A program made the translations under genes and the position numbers. The notes below the pieces were generated by a model. That model was given only the letters and a program-made list of their open reading frames with translations. It did no database searches and was not told the DNA's origin. A DNA stretch of 64,000 nt from an uncultured Actinomycetota bacterium (GTDB taxonomy: Bacteria > Actinomycetota > Actinomycetes > JAFAQI01), in assembly GCA_963770565.1 (NCBI GenBank), contig CAVYQE010000002.1:480001-544000 (forward strand), read 5' to 3'. Of the stretch, positions 38,790 to 49,234 are shown in pieces; positions within the stretch are counted from its first letter, which is position 1, and each line of letters starts with the position of its first letter.

Positions 38790-39169
38790 CCCTCGAGCTC
38801 GGCGGCGACCGCCCGCATCACCTGGGCGACCCGCTGGCTGCTCTGCTTGTCCGGGTAACGGCCACGGCGAAGGTCCGGCTGCACCTTCGATTCGAGCAAC
38901 TTGATCATGTCGTCGATCACGCCGTGCAGCTCATCAGCCGGCCGGCGGTTCGCGGCTGCAACCGATGGGATCGGGTCGAGCACCCGCACCGACAACGCCT
39001 GCTCGCCGCGCCGGCCCTCGGCCACGCCGAACTCGACCCGCGCGCCGGGCTTGAGCGCCGTACCCTCCGGAAGCGACGAAGCGTGCACGTAGACGTCGCC
39101 GCCGTCATCACGGGCCAAGAAGCCGAAGCCCTTGTCCACGTCGAACCACTTGACCTTGCCGGTGGGCAC
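38786..39169 (-). CDS. cspB: Cold-shock protein, long CspB type
   Basis: [24 protein letters not shown]-terminal extension LRRGRYP. Confidence 0.9.
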   Translation of the reverse strand: MPTGKVKWFDVDKGFGFLARDDGGDVYVHASSLPEGTALKPGARVEFGVAEGRRGEQALSVRVLDPIPSVAAANRRPADELHGVIDDMIKLLESKVQPDLRRGRYPDKQSSQRVAQVMRAVAAELEG

Positions 39170-39280
39170 GATGACCTTCTCTACCTCGAATTCGCAGCGC
39201 AGCAGACCTGCGCCCCGCAAGGCTAGCCGGATATGCGATCTTTCTGCGCCTCGATTTGCTCCAGGCGAAGTCCGCGCGGC

Positions 39281-40705
39281 TCAGCGCCAGCGCTCGGGGT
39301 CGGGCAGCCGCTCGTTCATCGCGCCGCTCCGGAAGCCACGCTGATCGAGCTCGACCCGGTCGAAGCCGGCGACGGCAGCGAGCAGTGACGGTCGCTCGGC
39401 GACCGCGGCGACCAGCTCCGGATCCACCTCGACCATCGCCCGGTCGCCAAGGTCGCGCACCCGCAGATCCCGCACGTCGAGACCGGCATCGGCCAGCGCG
39501 ATCCGCAATGCGGACTCCGCCCGCTCCACCCTCGAGAGCCGGGCCGCGGTGACCTCGACGCCGTACGCGATCCGGCTCGACAGGCACGCGGCCGCCGGCT
39601 TGTCCCAGGTCGGCAGCAACCACTGCCGGCTGGCCGCCCGCACTTGGGCCTTGGTCAGCCCGGCGTCGAGCAGCGGCGTCACGGCGCCGCGTTCGGCCGC
39701 CGCCCGGATGCCGGGACGGAACCCGGTGGCGGCGTCGTCGGCATTCGTGCCGGTCGCGATGTGGGCGATCCCCAGCTCGCCGGCCAGCGGCGTGAGGACG
39801 TCGAGTAGCTCGGCCTTGCAGAAGAAGCAGCGATCGCCGGCGTTCGCGCGGTAGCCCTCGCGGGCCAGCTCGTCGGTCGTCGGGGTGAGGTGGCGTACGC
39901 CGAGCGCCTCGGCGAACCGCCTGGCCTCGTCGAGCTCGCGGGCCGGCAGACTTGGCGAGACGGCTGTGGCCGCGACGACCTGCTCGGGTCCGAGGGCTCG
40001 CGCCGCTGCGGCCAGCAGGAAGGCCGAGTCGGCGCCACCGCTGAACGCGACCAGTACGGTCTCGAGCTCCTGCAAGCGGTCCTGCAGGCTCAGCAGCCGA
40101 GTGTCGAGCAGGTACGACGCCAGCCAGTCCGGGAACTCCTCGAGGCTGCCGAGGACGACGTCGGCACCCGCGGCTTCAAGTGCCGCGGCGTCGTCCGGGC
40201 CGGTGGTCACGGCAACGGCAACCGCACCGCAGGTGTGCGCCGCGAGCATGTCGCCGGTGTGGTCGCCGACGTAGATCGTGGCGGCGCGGGTCGCGAGCGC
40301 GTCACCCTTGGTCGGTCCCCAGAGCTGGCCGAGCGTCTCGTCGGTCTCGAGACCCAGTCGCTGTTGCGTTGCGAGGGCAAGGGGCGCGGACTTCGCCGTG
40401 ACCAGCAGAGTGCGGCCGCCGTTCGCGCGCACCGCGTCGAGCGCTGCTGCCGCACCGGGCATTGCCGACGTGCCCTCGACACCGAGAGTCGCGAAGATCT
40501 CGCGGTATCGCTCGATCGCCGGGGCGATCGCCTCCGCGGGCACCCATTCGGCTACCTCCACCTCGAGCGGCGGGCCCAATCGCGAGGCTGCCAGCTCGGC
40601 GTCGATCGCTACGCCGAGCTCTGCACTCAAGGCGGTGAACGTGGCGATGACCCCAGGCCGTGGATCGGCGAGGGTCATGTCGAGATCAAAGCCGACCACC
40701 AGCAC
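39281..40705 (-). CDS. larE: HAD phosphatase - LarE sulfur transferase fusion
   Basis: N-term FDLDMTL, VTAK, K, YVGDHTGD; C-term AFSGGADS PP-loop, RCFFCK, GTNADD, RPG, WDKPAAACLSSRI, GFRSGAMN; TAGGCT 7 nt before GTG 40705. Confidence 0.9.
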   Translation of the reverse strand: MLVVGFDLDMTLADPRPGVIATFTALSAELGVAIDAELAASRLGPPLEVEVAEWVPAEAIAPAIERYREIFATLGVEGTSAMPGAAAALDAVRANGGRTLLVTAKSAPLALATQQRLGLETDETLGQLWGPTKGDALATRAATIYVGDHTGDMLAAHTCGAVAVAVTTGPDDAAALEAAGADVVLGSLEEFPDWLASYLLDTRLLSLQDRLQELETVLVAFSGGADSAFLLAAAARALGPEQVVAATAVSPSLPARELDEARRFAEALGVRHLTPTTDELAREGYRANAGDRCFFCKAELLDVLTPLAGELGIAHIATGTNADDAATGFRPGIRAAAERGAVTPLLDAGLTKAQVRAASRQWLLPTWDKPAAACLSSRIAYGVEVTAARLSRVERAESALRIALADAGLDVRDLRVRDLGDRAMVEVDPELVAAVAERPSLLAAVAGFDRVELDQRGFRSGAMNERLPDPERWR

Positions 40706-40846
40706 AGTGGGGAGCCTACGGTTCGTGAGCAGAACGCCGTACCCCGCTCGTAGTGGCGCACGAACCGGTCGGCTGTGGACAACGCCGACGCCTCGCCTCC
40801 CGGATCCGTACGGTGACGCGACATCCACGACCGCAGGAGGCCTCAC

Positions 40847-41140
40847 ATGCCAGGAATTCGCGTCACCCCGGAGCAGCTCGCGTCGATGTCGGCGCGGGTC
40901 AGCAACGGCGCCGCCCACATCGAAGGCGAACTCGCCGGTCTCGCCGGATCGCTCGCGCCACTCGGCGGCGACTGGGCGGGCGTTGCCCAGCAGCGGTTCG
41001 AGGCGCTCTGGTCGGAATGGCAGCGCAGCGCCCGAGGCCTACACGACGCGCTGAGCGGGATCAGCGTGCTGCTCGCGCAAGCCGGCTCCCACTACGCCGA
41101 GGCCGAGCAAGCAATCGCCGGCTCCTTCGCCGCGATGTGA
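40847..41140 (+). CDS. WXG100 family protein
   Basis: 97 aa; IRVTPEQL, central W-A-G, C-terminal YAEAE; AGGAGG RBS. Confidence 0.92.
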   Translation: MPGIRVTPEQLASMSARVSNGAAHIEGELAGLAGSLAPLGGDWAGVAQQRFEALWSEWQRSARGLHDALSGISVLLAQAGSHYAEAEQAIAGSFAAM

Positions 41141-41256
41141 CCGGGATGCGGCAATGGCCGCTCGAGGCCCGGTCGCCTACCAACTCGCCGTACTCGACAC
41201 CAGAGTCGTAGACCGAACCGCGCATTACCGGCGTACTTGCTCGGTCGGGCGGTCGA

Positions 41257-41631
41257 CTACCTCGTTCCCCAGATCTTCTCCTGCAACGCGGTGTCAGAGG
41301 CGATTTGGAACTTCACCACCTTGCCGTCACGGAAGGTGAGAGCGTCGACCGAGTCAGATGACTGGCCGTCCGCAGTCGTGCTGGTGAGCACGACGACCCG
41401 GTCCTCGTCGGCGAGGAAGTGCTGTGGTGCGCTGGTGAAGCCCTTTTCCGGCAGCTTCATCCAGAAGCCGATCACCTCAGACTTCCCGCGATAGGTACCG
41501 CTGATCGTGCTGTTGCCGGGGACAATCCACTCGATGTCGTCGGCGAGGTTCTCTGCCGCGCCCGCCACGTCCCCAGAAGCAAACGCGGCGTAAGCCTTCT
41601 TAGTGTTCGCGAGGTTCTCCTCCGCTGACAT
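41257..41631 (-). CDS. NTF2/SnoaL-like protein
   Basis: AYAAFASGDV...LADDIEWIVPG...GTYRGKSEV...FRDGKV; GGAGG RBS. Confidence 0.88.
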   Translation of the reverse strand: MSAEENLANTKKAYAAFASGDVAGAAENLADDIEWIVPGNSTISGTYRGKSEVIGFWMKLPEKGFTSAPQHFLADEDRVVVLTSTTADGQSSDSVDALTFRDGKVVKFQIASDTALQEKIWGTR

Positions 41632-41841
41632 GCTGACCTCCCGTTGGCTCTGTCCGGAGCGATGGGCACAGCGAACCACTGTTGGTCCGATCGTGAAAGG
41701 GCCCACCCGTCTGGACGGCCATGTGATCGTCACACCCAAACGAGGCGACGTGCCGTTCTGGGTCGGTGAAGTCCGGCGGCGCGGTAGTGTCCGGCCACGA
41801 TCTTCGCGAAGACACGCGAAGCGCAGCCCATGGGAGCCGCT

Positions 41842-42105
41842 ATGCCAACCGTGCTTGGCCACCACGATGTGAAGGACACAGACCATTGGCTCGCCTCGCC
41901 GAAGCGCGAAGAGTTCTTCGGACCACTCGGCGTGACGAACATCCGGACCTTCGTCAACCCCGATAACCGATCCCAGGTCGCGGTGCTGATGGACGTCGCT
42001 GACATGGACGCCTTCACGGCTGGCATGCAAAGCCAGGAGGCTGCCGACGCGATGACTCATGACGGAGTTCTGCCCGAGACCCTGGTGATTCTGCTCGAGA
42101 CGTAA
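41842..42105 (+). CDS. Small hypothetical protein, probable dimeric alpha+beta barrel
   Basis: GGAG RBS; HHDVKDTDHW...IRTFVNPDN...AMTHDGV; good codon usage. Confidence 0.7.
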   Translation: MPTVLGHHDVKDTDHWLASPKREEFFGPLGVTNIRTFVNPDNRSQVAVLMDVADMDAFTAGMQSQEAADAMTHDGVLPETLVILLET

Positions 42106-42347
42106 GGACCCGCGCAGGCCGGCAACCGCGCCGCGCATGGGCGGCGCCCGCACTCTGTCCGGCAGTAACCAGAACAAGATCATCGCCACCCAGGGGTGGT
42201 AGCGGACCCCTAATCCGCCATGGCTGTCTGGCCTGGTTCGAACCGGCGAGGCGACCGAGGTCATCAACAACCATGCCGGTGCATCCAGAGTCTCAGGAGT
42301 ATGCGACCTACGCTCTGGACGCTGGCGGCGTGGAGGTGGGGCGACCG

Positions 42348-43679
42348 GTGACGTTGGCTGGCGATTCGCGAAAGCGAGTCGGGGCGGGCGTCGGCCTCAT
42401 GGCCGCGGTGCTGATGGTGTCCGCGTGCTCGGGGAGCTCGGTGGGGAGCGAGCCGCGGCCATCACCCCCGGTCGGGGCGGGATCCGGGCCGTCGTCCCTT
42501 GCTGGCGGGCCTGGCACGTGTCGGTCCGGGTGGCAGGTGTTCCCGGAGCCGTTCGCTCCTGGGGATCGACAGCACCGCCTGTTCGCGATCGGCGCCTCTT
42601 CGGCGGGCAATGCGTGGGCGGTGGGTGAGCGCTGGGTCGATTCGCCCGACTCCTCCGACCAGGTGCCCTATCCCTTGATTGAGCATTGGGATGGTCACCG
42701 GTGGACTGTTACCCCCGTGGGGAACCCGAGCGATTTGCCTGGGTCGTTGTTCGGGATCACGGTGATCAGCTCGACCGATGCCTGGGCGGTCGGCGGCCTC
42801 CGAGCGGCGAGCCGAAGGTCGCGCGACGCGCCGCTGGTCGAGCATTGGAATGGTGTCAGGTGGTCGCTGACGCCCGTGCCTGCACTGGCCAACGCAGGTC
42901 CGCACCAGCAGCAGAGTCTCGTCGCTGTTGCGGGCCGATCTGCGAATGACGTATGGGCGCTGGGCAACTCCTCGGTCGCCGGCACCACCACCAGCTACGT
43001 AAACCGGTGGCTGCACTGGAACGGCCGAGCATGGCTGCGAGTCGCGGCCCCGGAGCCCGCCGCACCGACGGCAGCGAACGGGCTCGGGTCGATCTCACTG
43101 CTGACCGCGCTGGCCCTCGACCCCAGCAGTGGATCTCCGTGGGCGGTGGGCGGCCACCTACGAGGAGCCGGAGAAGAGGGAACCTTCGACGGTGCGTTGA
43201 TCGGGTCCTGGACCCACGGGTCGTGGATCCACCGACCATCCCCGGCCACGTCGCTGCCGTTGACCGCGATCTCGTTCCCGAGCGGGCGAACCATCTGGAC
43301 CATCCGACGTCCGTCTCTGGGCAGTTCGCCGGACGGTACGAGGTGGGGCGGAGCAGGGTCGAGCTCGGTCCTGCGAGACAACGGCACGCACTGGGACACC
43401 GTGTTATCGACCCGAGGCACGTTGACCGGTTTGGCCGCAATTACCAACCGCGATGTCTGGGTGGCGGGAGCCCGACACGGCCCCCTCTTGATGCACTGGA
43501 CCGGAGGATCCTGGGCCACCATCGCCGCCCCGACGCGGGACGCCCTTCCCCACGGACTCCTCGCATTGACGGTCACCCATGACCACACGCTGCTCGCCCT
43601 CGGCGAGTCCGCGGGCACACCCAAGCGGAGCCAGATGGCGCTGTGGACCCACTGCCCCACCAACACGTCCCACGCCTAG
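42348..43679 (+). CDS. Lipoprotein with HWxGxxW beta-propeller repeats
   Basis: Lipobox VSAC; repeated AWAVG/VWA-G and HWDGHRW, HWNGVRW, HWNGRAW, HWTGGSW; start uncertain (ORF opens 42273). Confidence 0.75.
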   Translation: MTLAGDSRKRVGAGVGLMAAVLMVSACSGSSVGSEPRPSPPVGAGSGPSSLAGGPGTCRSGWQVFPEPFAPGDRQHRLFAIGASSAGNAWAVGERWVDSPDSSDQVPYPLIEHWDGHRWTVTPVGNPSDLPGSLFGITVISSTDAWAVGGLRAASRRSRDAPLVEHWNGVRWSLTPVPALANAGPHQQQSLVAVAGRSANDVWALGNSSVAGTTTSYVNRWLHWNGRAWLRVAAPEPAAPTAANGLGSISLLTALALDPSSGSPWAVGGHLRGAGEEGTFDGALIGSWTHGSWIHRPSPATSLPLTAISFPSGRTIWTIRRPSLGSSPDGTRWGGAGSSSVLRDNGTHWDTVLSTRGTLTGLAAITNRDVWVAGARHGPLLMHWTGGSWATIAAPTRDALPHGLLALTVTHDHTLLALGESAGTPKRSQMALWTHCPTNTSHA

Positions 43680-43693
43680 CGCTCGTCAGCGGG

Positions 43694-44497
43694 CTACGGG
43701 TGGATCGGCGCGCGCACTACCTCGACCTGCAGCTCGACGGTGGCGAAGCCGAGCGATTCGTACAACCTCACTGCGTGGTCTTCGGGATCGGCGACGATCA
43801 CGAACTCGCCGGCGTCGAAGCGGTCGGCGGCGAGTGCGGCCGCGTCGTAGACCAGCCGGCGGGCGAGTCCACGCCGGCGGTAGTCCGGATGCGTCTCGAC
43901 CGCCTGGTAGCGCGCCACACCTGATCCGTCGCTGACAATCCCCAGCGCCGCAACCAGCAACCCGTGGTCGAAGGCGCCAAGCCACTCGCCGTGGCCATTC
44001 GCGACCAGCGCCGCGCTTGCGACGACTTGCTGCGCCACGAACTCTGTCGCGGTGCCGGCCTCCGCGGGGTCGGCGTCGGGAGTCGCGTACACGCTGGAAC
44101 GAAGCACCTCGAGTTGCGGCCAGTCAGGATCGTCAAAGGCACGCACCGCGAGGTCCGGATGATCCGGCTCGCGCAGCGCGGCCGCGGACATCACCGCGTT
44201 GGTCCGAGTGCTAGCGCCGAGCGCTGCGATCGCGGCCGGGTCGCCGATCTTGCCGTCGGTGGTGTCGAGACCGAACGCGCGATGCTCCGCAGCGGGGAAC
44301 TCCGCGATGAACCACGACTCCCACTGCGCAGCGTCGCCGACCGACGGCGTAGCCGGCATGAGCAGGAAGTTGCCCCACCAGAATCCCGGGCTGGCCGTGG
44401 TCCGGACGACGACGTAGTCGCCGCGCTCCTCGACGACAGACCCGGACAGCCGTCGAACCATCACGTCGGTCCGGTAGCCGAGGGACTGGATGGGCAC
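43694..44497 (-). CDS. GNAT family acetyltransferase
   Basis: SLGYRTD, FWWGNFL, VETHPDYRRRGLA, LYESLGF. Confidence 0.88.
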   Translation of the reverse strand: MPIQSLGYRTDVMVRRLSGSVVEERGDYVVVRTTASPGFWWGNFLLMPATPSVGDAAQWESWFIAEFPAAEHRAFGLDTTDGKIGDPAAIAALGASTRTNAVMSAAALREPDHPDLAVRAFDDPDWPQLEVLRSSVYATPDADPAEAGTATEFVAQQVVASAALVANGHGEWLGAFDHGLLVAALGIVSDGSGVARYQAVETHPDYRRRGLARRLVYDAAALAADRFDAGEFVIVADPEDHAVRLYESLGFATVELQVEVVRAPIHP

Positions 44498-44620
44498 CAC
44501 GCGATCCTCTCTTGCGCGAAGCCGTCACCCAGTAGCCCCCCGAGCAATGTCACACGGCCGCCGCAACGGTCCGCGTCGACGTCCTTTGCGTACGGCGATA
44601 GCACCCGCTCGGCTCTCCAC

Positions 44621-44687
44621 TGATCTTCGCCTCGGTGACCGGTTTTCGCTCGACTCGCCGTAGAAGTGGTCGCGAGCGCGAAGATCA
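44621..44687. repeat. Family A-like variant palindromic element (D)
   Basis: TGATCTTCGC...GCGAAGATCA(AC) with further imperfect pairing to GACC/GGTC. Confidence 0.6.
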
Positions 44688-44700
44688 ACACGCGGGACAG

Positions 44701-44735
44701 CGAAGGGGCGGTCCCTGATCGGGACCGCCCCTTCG
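44701..44735. terminator. Intrinsic terminator hairpin downstream of groEL
   Basis: Perfect 15-bp stem CGAAGGGGCGGTCCC-TGATC-GGGACCGCCCCTTCG, no U-tract. Confidence 0.85.
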
Positions 44736-44751
44736 TGAGGTTATGCAGGAC

Positions 44752-46545
<1,794 letters not shown>

Positions 46546-46633
46546 TCAAAAAGCCCGGATTCAAGGACACCGGGGTCGCGGCCGACCTATTGTGTGCGGG
46601 CGCCACCCATCCCGGGTGACCGTCGCCTCCGTT

Positions 46634-46785
46634 CGCCAAACCTGTCCGTCGGAGTGCGTGAACCGAACCCATCGGACAGGCTCGGGGACCCATCAGTAAC
46701 CCGAAGCGCACGCGCTTCTTGGGGTGAAGCCGCTCCGGCGGCCGGGCTAGCCACGGCCCGAACCCGACAGCTAACCCGGTCGGCG
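46634..46785 (+). ncRNA. c-di-AMP (ydaO/yuaA) riboswitch
   Basis: CGCC...CGGGGACCCA...TGGGGTGAA...CCCGAACCCGACAGCTAACCCGGTCGGCG conserved blocks; upstream of a cell-wall hydrolase. Confidence 0.9.
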
Positions 46786-46798
46786 TCGGAGAGCATCC

Positions 46799-47407
46799 AT
46801 GTCCCGAACGACCCTGCGTGTCCGCTCGGCCGTCCTCAGCGCATCCGTCATCGCCTGCCTCGGCGTCGCCGCAGCGCCAGCTGCTGCTGCGACCTCAACC
46901 GCCGGGCCGGCCTCGATCTCGTCCTCCCCGGGGGGCTGGCAGTTCGCCGCCAGGGCCCCCGGCACGCCTCGCCTGCGAGGCGCGAAGCTCACCGTCATCC
47001 AGCGCCACAACCTCGAGGTCCAGAAAGTGCTCCGCGAGGCCAGGCGCCAGAAAGGCAAGCCGTACGTGTACGGCGCCGACGGCCCCAACGGCTTCGACTG
47101 CTCGGGCTTCGTCCGCTTCGTGTTCCTGCACGCCGTACACAAGTCGTTGCCGCACAACGCTGCGCAGCAGTACCACGCGCTTCGCCACATCCGGCGTGGC
47201 AGCCTTCAGCTCGGCGATCTGGTCTTCGTCGACAACGGCGGCTACATCTCCCACGTCGGGATCTACGACGGCCACCACCACTGGTGGGTCGCCCCGCACA
47301 CCGGGCTACGGGTGCAGCGTCAGCGGATCTACCACGCGCACTTCGTCTACGCCCGCGTGCTGGTCTACGACAAGGTCCTCACCCACAAGCAGCGCCACAA
47401 GCACTAA
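46799..47407 (+). CDS. Secreted NlpC/P60 (C40) peptidoglycan endopeptidase
   Basis: Signal peptide; GKPYVYGA, FDCSGF, GDLVF, HVGIY. Confidence 0.93.
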   Translation: MSRTTLRVRSAVLSASVIACLGVAAAPAAAATSTAGPASISSSPGGWQFAARAPGTPRLRGAKLTVIQRHNLEVQKVLREARRQKGKPYVYGADGPNGFDCSGFVRFVFLHAVHKSLPHNAAQQYHALRHIRRGSLQLGDLVFVDNGGYISHVGIYDGHHHWWVAPHTGLRVQRQRIYHAHFVYARVLVYDKVLTHKQRHKH

Positions 47408-47417
47408 CCCGCCGGTC

Positions 47418-47502
47418 CAAAGCAATGTCACATTGCCCAGCGCTTTGTGGGGGTGCGGTCACATTGCCCCCGCGATCAGCGGGGCAATGTGACATTGCTT
47501 GG
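47418..47502. repeat. Family B element, copy B4
   Basis: Cores at 47427, 47458, 47489; between convergent genes. Confidence 0.95.
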
Positions 47503-47506
47503 CTCC

Positions 47507-47785
47507 TCAGCCGCCGCCGGCGACCGCGGGGATGATCGAGACGGTCGTACCGTCCGGCGTCGGCGTCTGCAGCCCCGAGGCGAACCGTACGTCGTCATCG
47601 TCGACGTAGACGTTCACGAACCGGCGCAGCTTGCCGTCGTCGTCGAGCACCCGGGTCCGCAGCCCCGGATGGTCGGCTTCCAGCCGGTCGAGCACGTCGG
47701 TGAGCGTCAAGGCGTCGGACACGCTCACCTCGGCGGCACCGCCGGTCAGCGGTCGAAGGATGGTCGGGATCCGGACCGTGATCAT
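47507..47785 (-). CDS. MoaD/ThiS/CysO-type sulfur carrier protein
   Basis: VRIPTILR, LRRFVNVYV, IIPAVAGGG C-terminus; ATGA overlap with upstream gene. Confidence 0.93.
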   Translation of the reverse strand: MITVRIPTILRPLTGGAAEVSVSDALTLTDVLDRLEADHPGLRTRVLDDDGKLRRFVNVYVDDDDVRFASGLQTPTPDGTTVSIIPAVAGGG

Positions 47786-49032
47786 TGGCTCAGTCCAGCC
47801 TCTCGGAAGGCGGTCAGCGTCGGGGGAATGGTGACAGTCGGCCGGGCGACCGGCGCGACCGCCTCCAGCGTCTTCAGCCCGTCGCCGGTGTTGAGCACGA
47901 CGGTCTCGGCGGCCGGATCGAGCTGGCCGGTCGCGATCAGCTTGCGGAGCACCGCCACCGTGACCCCACCCGCGGTCTCGCCGAAGACTCCAGTCGTCCG
48001 CGCGAGCAACCGGATCCCGTCGACGATCTCCTCGTCGCCCACGTCCTCGATCGCCCCGCCGGTCCGGCGCACGACATCGAGCGCATAGGGACCGTCCGCC
48101 GGATTGCCGATCGCGAGCGACTTCGCGATTCCGGTCGGGCGCACGGGCGCGACCACGTCGTGCCCGGCCCGGTACGCCGCCGCAACCGGCGAGCAGCCGG
48201 TCGCCTGCGCCCCGAACACCCGGTACGGCGTGCTCTCGACCAACCCGAGCACACCGAGCTCCCGCCACGCCTTGTCGACCTTCGTCAGCAGCGAGCCAGA
48301 GGCGATCGGGATCACGACCTGCTCGGGCAGCCGCCAGCCGAGCTGTTCGGCGATCTCGAAGCCGACCGTCTTCGAGCCCTCCGCGTAGAACGGCCGGACG
48401 TTGACGTTGACGAAGGCCCACGGCACTTCACCGGCGACCTCCGCGCAGAGCCGGTTGACGTCGTCGTACGCGCCCTCGACCGCAATCAACGTGCCGCCGT
48501 AGACCGCGGTCGTGACGACCTTGCCCGGCTCGAGGTCGTTCGGGATCAGCACGACCGAGCGCAGGCCGGCGTTGGCGGCCGCCGCGGCCACCGCGTTGGC
48601 CAGGTTGCCGGTCGAGGCGCAGGCCAGCACCTGGTAGCCCAGCGCGCGAGCCGCCGACGCGGCGACCGCAACCACCCGGTCCTTGAAGGAGTGGGTCGGG
48701 TTGCCGCTGTCGTCCTTGACCCACAGCGCGCGCATGCCGAGCTCCCGCGCCAGGCGCGGAGCGGGGACGAGGCGGGTCATCCCGACCCCCAGGTCGACCA
48801 GCGGCGCCACCGGGAGCAGACCCTGATAGCGCCACATCGAGTGCGGTCCGGCCTCGATCGTCGCGCGCGTGACGAGCCGCTGGACGTCGCGGTTGTAGGC
48901 GATCTCGAGCGGTCCGAAGCACATCTCGCAGACGTGGGACGGGCCGAGCGGGTAACTGGCGCCGCACTCGCGGCAGACGAGAGCCTCGGCCGACCCGAAC
49001 TGCGCAGCCGGTCGATCGATCAATGACGTCAT
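47782..49032 (-). CDS. Threonine-synthase-like PLP enzyme (probable sulfur-carrier-dependent homocysteine synthase)
   Basis: CRECG...CEMC, NPTHSFKDR, CASTGN, EGSKT, SLAIGNP, TGDGLKT. Confidence 0.9.
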   Translation of the reverse strand: MTSLIDRPAAQFGSAEALVCRECGASYPLGPSHVCEMCFGPLEIAYNRDVQRLVTRATIEAGPHSMWRYQGLLPVAPLVDLGVGMTRLVPAPRLARELGMRALWVKDDSGNPTHSFKDRVVAVAASAARALGYQVLACASTGNLANAVAAAAANAGLRSVVLIPNDLEPGKVVTTAVYGGTLIAVEGAYDDVNRLCAEVAGEVPWAFVNVNVRPFYAEGSKTVGFEIAEQLGWRLPEQVVIPIASGSLLTKVDKAWRELGVLGLVESTPYRVFGAQATGCSPVAAAYRAGHDVVAPVRPTGIAKSLAIGNPADGPYALDVVRRTGGAIEDVGDEEIVDGIRLLARTTGVFGETAGGVTVAVLRKLIATGQLDPAAETVVLNTGDGLKTLEAVAPVARPTVTIPPTLTAFREAGLSQ

Positions 49033-49045
49033 CGGAGCCTTCCGT

Positions 49046-49153
49046 CTCATCTTCCCCGCACGCAACTCGCGCACGAGCCGGAGTTGGCACCTGCCCGCCG
49101 TCGGGTGGTTGCCGGGGCTTCACCGGGCCGGTCCCTCTGCCCCTCTTGATGAG
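49046..49153 (-). ncRNA. SAM-I riboswitch
   Basis: Minus strand CTCATCAAGAG...GAGGGACCGGCCC...TGAAGCC..GGCAACC...GGTGCCAACTCC...AAGATGAG; P1 CTCATC/GATGAG. Confidence 0.95.
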
Positions 49154-49234
49154 TGCGCGACCCGAGGGCCGCGCAGATCAAGTCTGCCACAACGGCGTCG
49201 ATTACTGTCAGCCGCAGTGGGCAACGACAACGGC

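Noticed and set aside
36425-39226. 933-aa plus-strand ORF
   Set aside because: Overlaps DUF3027, the MFS gene and cspB in other frames; low-complexity translation.
40706-40918. N-terminal extension of HAD-LarE overlapping the WXG100 gene
   Set aside because: HAD motif I begins right after GTG 40705, which has a leaderless-type -10.
40847-41140. Type VII secretion locus
   Set aside because: No eccB/C/D or mycP genes nearby; only a single substrate-like gene.
42106-42270. Possible gene remnant on the minus strand (HPWVAMILFWLLP)
   Set aside because: Too short and no recognisable family; cannot be supported without a search.
44701-44735. groEL downstream hairpin as a member of the repeat families
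   Set aside because: Simple 15-bp stem with 5-nt loop and no shared arms; best explained as a terminator.
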